Shown in pieces: positions 60,137 through 64,000 of a stretch of 64,000 nt of DNA. This DNA comes from Camelus ferus (taxonomy: Eukaryota). The notes under the pieces are model-generated. The model was not told the origin of the DNA and did not search any database. It saw nothing but the letters and a program-made list of their open reading frames with translations. The translations under genes and the position numbers were made by a program. The stretch lies in contig NC_045728.1 in assembly GCF_009834535.1 (NCBI RefSeq), positions 1,426,001 to 1,490,000 of the forward strand, written 5' to 3'. Every line of letters starts with the position of its first letter. The stretch's first letter is position 1.

Positions 60137-60760
60137 ATCTAACACATGTATTAATTATCGATCAAACACACACTTTGTGGTCAGAACTGTTCTAGACACT
60201 GGGACGTGAGCGAGACAACGACAAACTTGCTGTTTTTAGTGGGAGTAAAGGCTAGTTTGTGGAGGCAGTGCCGATGCAGTAGACGTTCATCTGAAAGGCT
60301 GTTATCAGTTCACGTAAAACGCGTACCTACTTCAGAGGAGGGGGGGGATGCTGGCTTCCAGAATGAGATTGCACTGAAGCTGAGGCTGAGGACAAGTACG
60401 GATTAGCCGAGGGAAGTTAGGACGGCCAGAGCACTGAAAGAGAGGAAGCCATTAGAGGCGAGAGAGAAGACTGTGGGGGTGGGAAGCAAGTATAAGTAGT
60501 TCAGTGTTTCTGGAAGGGAGAGTTCAGTCAACGGTGAGAGATGCAGCTGGAGAAAAAACAGACGATCAAGGGTTTCTGTACCGAGACGTCTGGGCTTGAT
60601 ACTGTGGACCCGCAGTGGGGAAGATTTAAAGAAGTTCGCTCCAGTTTAGATCGGATTCAGGTAAGAGTGAGATTTAAGATGAGGATGCAGAAGAGAGGGG
60701 AGAGCGCCTGCTACAGGTCGTGGTCCTGTGGTGCTGAGGATGCGGGCGTCTGAGGATGAC
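60131..60760 (-). mobile_element. L2 3' portion (reverse)
   Basis: tcatttatctaacacatgtatt...actgttctagacactggga...ttcagaggagggggggatgc...gaagctgaggctgaggacaag matches reverse L2. Confidence 0.65.
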
Positions 60761-61344
60761 GGTTGGATTTTTTAGTGTATAATCTGCAATAGAATGATTA
60801 TGGCAGGTGGTTAGCATCTGTCAACGTGCTGATAATTCTGTAGACTTAAAGGAGCTTTTATAGGGTCACTTGACAAATCAATCTAGTCTCTTAATAATCT
60901 TTCTATGGGAAAATATATTCTGAGTTCTAATTACCACCTTAAGCATGGATTTCAGAAATAGTCGTGTGTAATTACAATTCAGAATTCAGGCATTATTTCT
61001 AGGTAAAAAAATAAAGTAATAAACAGATGGGCATGATCTGTGAGCTACATAAAATCAGAACCAATATTTCCTTAAGACATCAACACAATGTAGAGTTATC
61101 TAAAAAGAAACATGGGCCAAGTTCACAGAAATTAAATTCAAAAGCAATAAAATTATTAAAAAAAAAAGAACCAGTATGAGTCAAAGGGGGAATATTTTTA
61201 TTGATTTTCATAGAAGTTTTAAATTAACTTGAGAGGTTCTTTCTTACATAGAGCAGCTCAGCATTTTCAGGGGGGCCTGATTTACTAAATCACAGATGGG
61301 CGACGTCTAATTATAGGGCTTCCTTGAGGATCGAATCTATCTTT

Positions 61345-61445
61345 CTTTCAACGAATATTTTTTGAGCACACACTGTGTGCAAATCTAGCACCGTGCTGAA
61401 TGCTAGGGACACACAGAAAGGTCTTAGTGAACGTGGACTGCTGCC
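61345..61445 (-). mobile_element. L2 3' end (reverse)
   Basis: ttcaacgaatattttttgagcacacactgtgtgcaaatctagcaccgtgctgaatgctagggacacac matches the reverse L2 terminus. Confidence 0.65.
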
Positions 61446-64000
61446 CACAAGGCACATTTAAGTTAGTGAGGATGAGACACTCAACTAGACAACCGGTAAT
61501 CCCGTCTCTGCAGTGACGGAAGGGAAAGAATTCCACGGTAAGAGAGTCGGGACCATTGTAGTTCTGAGGCAGCAGTTAAATTCGGCTGGAGTGGAATGTT
61601 AGTTGACTTCTCAGCCTTGGGTTTACTTTCAATGGTCAGAGGAGAGGACGGAGAAGACCGTCCGGCCTCCTGCTTCATCACGTGGCTGGGACGGTGCCCT
61701 GCCAGCTGCCCTCGCTAATCGTCTCTCCTCAGCTTTCAGCTCATTCCCATTTTGCAGAATTTGACTTTAACACTTCCTCCACCAAGGCTTCCGTGATGGT
61801 CGCTTTCTGAGCGCCAGCGGGGCGCTGGGTTCTTTGGTGGGACTTTCGTCCCTCGTGCGGTGATCGGGGCCATTTAGTGCCGCGGGTTGCGTCTGCTTAT
61901 TCCCGCCTTGTACCGGCTCCTGCAGCTCATGCTCGCCCCTCAGACGTGGCCGTGAAAGCGAGGAAGCCGGCCTGCAGTTTGCAGTGGCCGGGGAAGGGCA
62001 GCCCCGCTCGGCTGCTGGAGGGTGGGGCGGGTCAGCTGTCCTCCGTCTGCCACTCAGGGGAACCCACAAAACCGAGCGTGTTCCTCCCCGACGTCAGTCA
62101 CTCGTTATGAGCCTGCACCCGTGAGGCTGCCTGTGAAGGGCCCCAGGGTAGCTGGCGCGCAGCTGGCAATGGAAACTTTTAGGGTGCGTTTTGGAGATCC
62201 CTTTCCGTGCAGGCGTTTTTGGCCTCAAGCCACTACGTCTACGTTGGAGAAGTGAACTAGACATGGACAAGATGGCAGCCTCGCGGCACACGGCACGTCG
62301 TGTCAGCAGCGGACTGCTCGGCGGTTATGGCCCTTCAGCCCGGTGACCAGCTGATGCTTCAGTCCGCCTGCCTGTCGGTAGCGTGTTCTCTGTAAGCCCA
62401 CGGGCTGTTGTCGTTACGCTTGTGGAACGGGACGTGGTTGTGCTGCTGTGTCTGCGTTTGAACCCTTCGGGGCACTGACCTCCCCGGGCTCTGCGTCACT
62501 AAGGCTCTTGTTAACTTCCCGCAGGGACGGGGCGCTCTGGGGGGCGCAGGGTGGGGGTTCATTAACACCCGGGGCTCTGATTAGCTGGCGGAGGGTTTGT
62601 TTCTGTCCTAGTTCTGAAGTGTAACAAAGCCACAAACAGAGACGCACAGGAGCACACATAAAACCGCACCTGAAGGAAGACACGTCCAGGGCGGATCCTT
62701 AAACCCAAACAGCCGCCCTGTTTCCTCCCTCACGCTCTCCGGGGTCCTAATCAGTACCTTCCAGAAACCCGCCCGTGGGAGGGATGGCACAGTGCGGGAG
62801 AAGCCTGGCGGGGTCTCGGCCAGCCCTGGAAATAATGAGTGATCAGGTTATGTTGCCAAGTCCCTTCTGAACCTGCAGGTCTGTGAACAGCAAGGTAAGG
62901 AAAGGTACAAAGTCCTGAAGTCCCTGCGTGTCGGAGAAAGACGGAAGAACGTGTAATAATTGTCTTTGTGTCTGGGTAGGATTTTAATGGAGAGAATAAT
63001 GACCGCATTCTCCATTTCCTACACGAGAGGGGAAGTGAGTTTAGATTGCAGCTGGGAGCAGTTTGTGTGCCTAATTAATATTTGGGGGGGTCTTTACGAG
63101 ATACTAAACCTTGCTCGAAGAGTTGGTAGGTAGTTAGCGCCCGGCTCTTGGGGGTTCCTAAGACGGTGCCAGATGCTGCCATGGGATCCCTTCACACTGA
63201 CGCTGAAGATTTGTAAATGCTGGACTGAATTCCCAAGCACGATGCGTAGTGTCCTCCCCACTGAAGCTCTTTACAAGCGAGAAAGAAGTCTGTCCGACTG
63301 AGGATTAAGGAGCTGGGTCGTTGAAATGGTGCTATAAAGAGCCACCCTGAGGACAGTGACCCTCCACCGCCAGATGCAGTGCGCTGAGGTGCCGAGAGCA
63401 GATGCTCTGAGAGGCCGGCACCTGGCTCTACGTTCCTCGTGGCTCTCGGTCTGTTCTTTGCAGCTGAGTCCAGACACACTGGTGTTCAGAAGTCCCCATT
63501 GCCAGAGCCCATCCTTCCTTTCCACACCCGAATCCGCCTCGCCAGGCTTCCTGGGGGTGGGAGATCTGACTAGCGGGTTCCCAGGGCGGAGCTGTGCTTG
63601 AGGCCAGACCTGCCGTTGTGCTTCCCAGAGTTCCTGGTTTCTCCTCCCGCACGTCTGGCAGCTACACAGAGGCGTGGCCTCGGGAGCCCATTTGAGAAAG
63701 GAGGGTGAGGGGCTGTGCACCTGTTACCGCCCCTGAGAGAACTCAGCACTCAGACCTGGCTCCTTGGCCCCCCCGTTCAGAATCTGTGCAATAAATGGGG
63801 GTCAATATGCACCATTCAGAGACCAGTTTTCATAGAATTTAACTGCAAATCATAAACAGATACCCAGAGATGGCATTTTCTTTAATTAAAGTTTTTAAAA
63901 AATTTTTTTTAAGATGACATTTTAAATAAATAGGCTATCAGTGTATTAACCCTAGGGAACATTTAGAAACATTATATTAAAATGTTGTTAAGATTTACAG

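Noticed and set aside
62879-62894. Possible 16-nt micro-exon (cctgcag|GTCTGTGAACAGCAAG|gtaagg)
   Set aside because: Strong donor but poor pyrimidine tract and a frame-shifting length. Not supportable from sequence alone.
1-64000. A novel multi-gene system, CRISPR array, operon or viral/prokaryotic cassette
   Set aside because: The sequence is mammalian non-coding DNA full of known repeat classes. There is no repeat-spacer array (the 31.7-kb repeat has no unique spacers) and no gene-dense coding block.

Overview
This is GC-rich, eutherian mammalian genomic DNA that is essentially non-coding. It is not prokaryotic or viral, and I see no CRISPR array, rRNA, tRNA or operon. I could not recognise any host protein-coding exon. 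The only ORFs with recognisable homology are broken LINE-1 ORF2 pieces at about 46.0-47.8 kb and a short ORF1-like coiled-coil remnant at about 18.7 kb. The other ORFs in the track look like chance open frames in GC-rich sequence. The window is a patchwork of ancient repeats (MIR, L2, L1M, MER58, Tigger-type, Charlie1-like, MLT1C, MLT2), one much younger 5'-truncated L1, several AT-rich motif-dense islands that look like conserved enhancers, micro/minisatellites and two assembly gaps (46352-46488, 50999-51146). The young L1 3' end looks cetartiodactyl, and there is no Alu, B1/B2, Bov-tA/BovB, PRE or CanSINE element, so a camelid genome is my best guess (inference). Best leads: (1) a candidate muscle-type alternative promoter and first exon at 15.5-15.7 kb (perfect CArG, GATA, TATTTAAA, GCCATG|gtaagt), possibly joined to a 37-nt in-frame exon at 22554-22590; (2) a strong AT-to-GC shift in old but not young repeats, the pattern expected from GC-biased gene conversion; (3) an L1 that kept both ends but lost its middle; (4) a perfect 18-bp MEIS/TGIF-type palindrome between two tail-to-tail L2 ends. 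I found no evidence of a new biological system. Repeat family names come from consensus sequences recalled from memory, not from alignment, and old-repeat boundaries are approximate.
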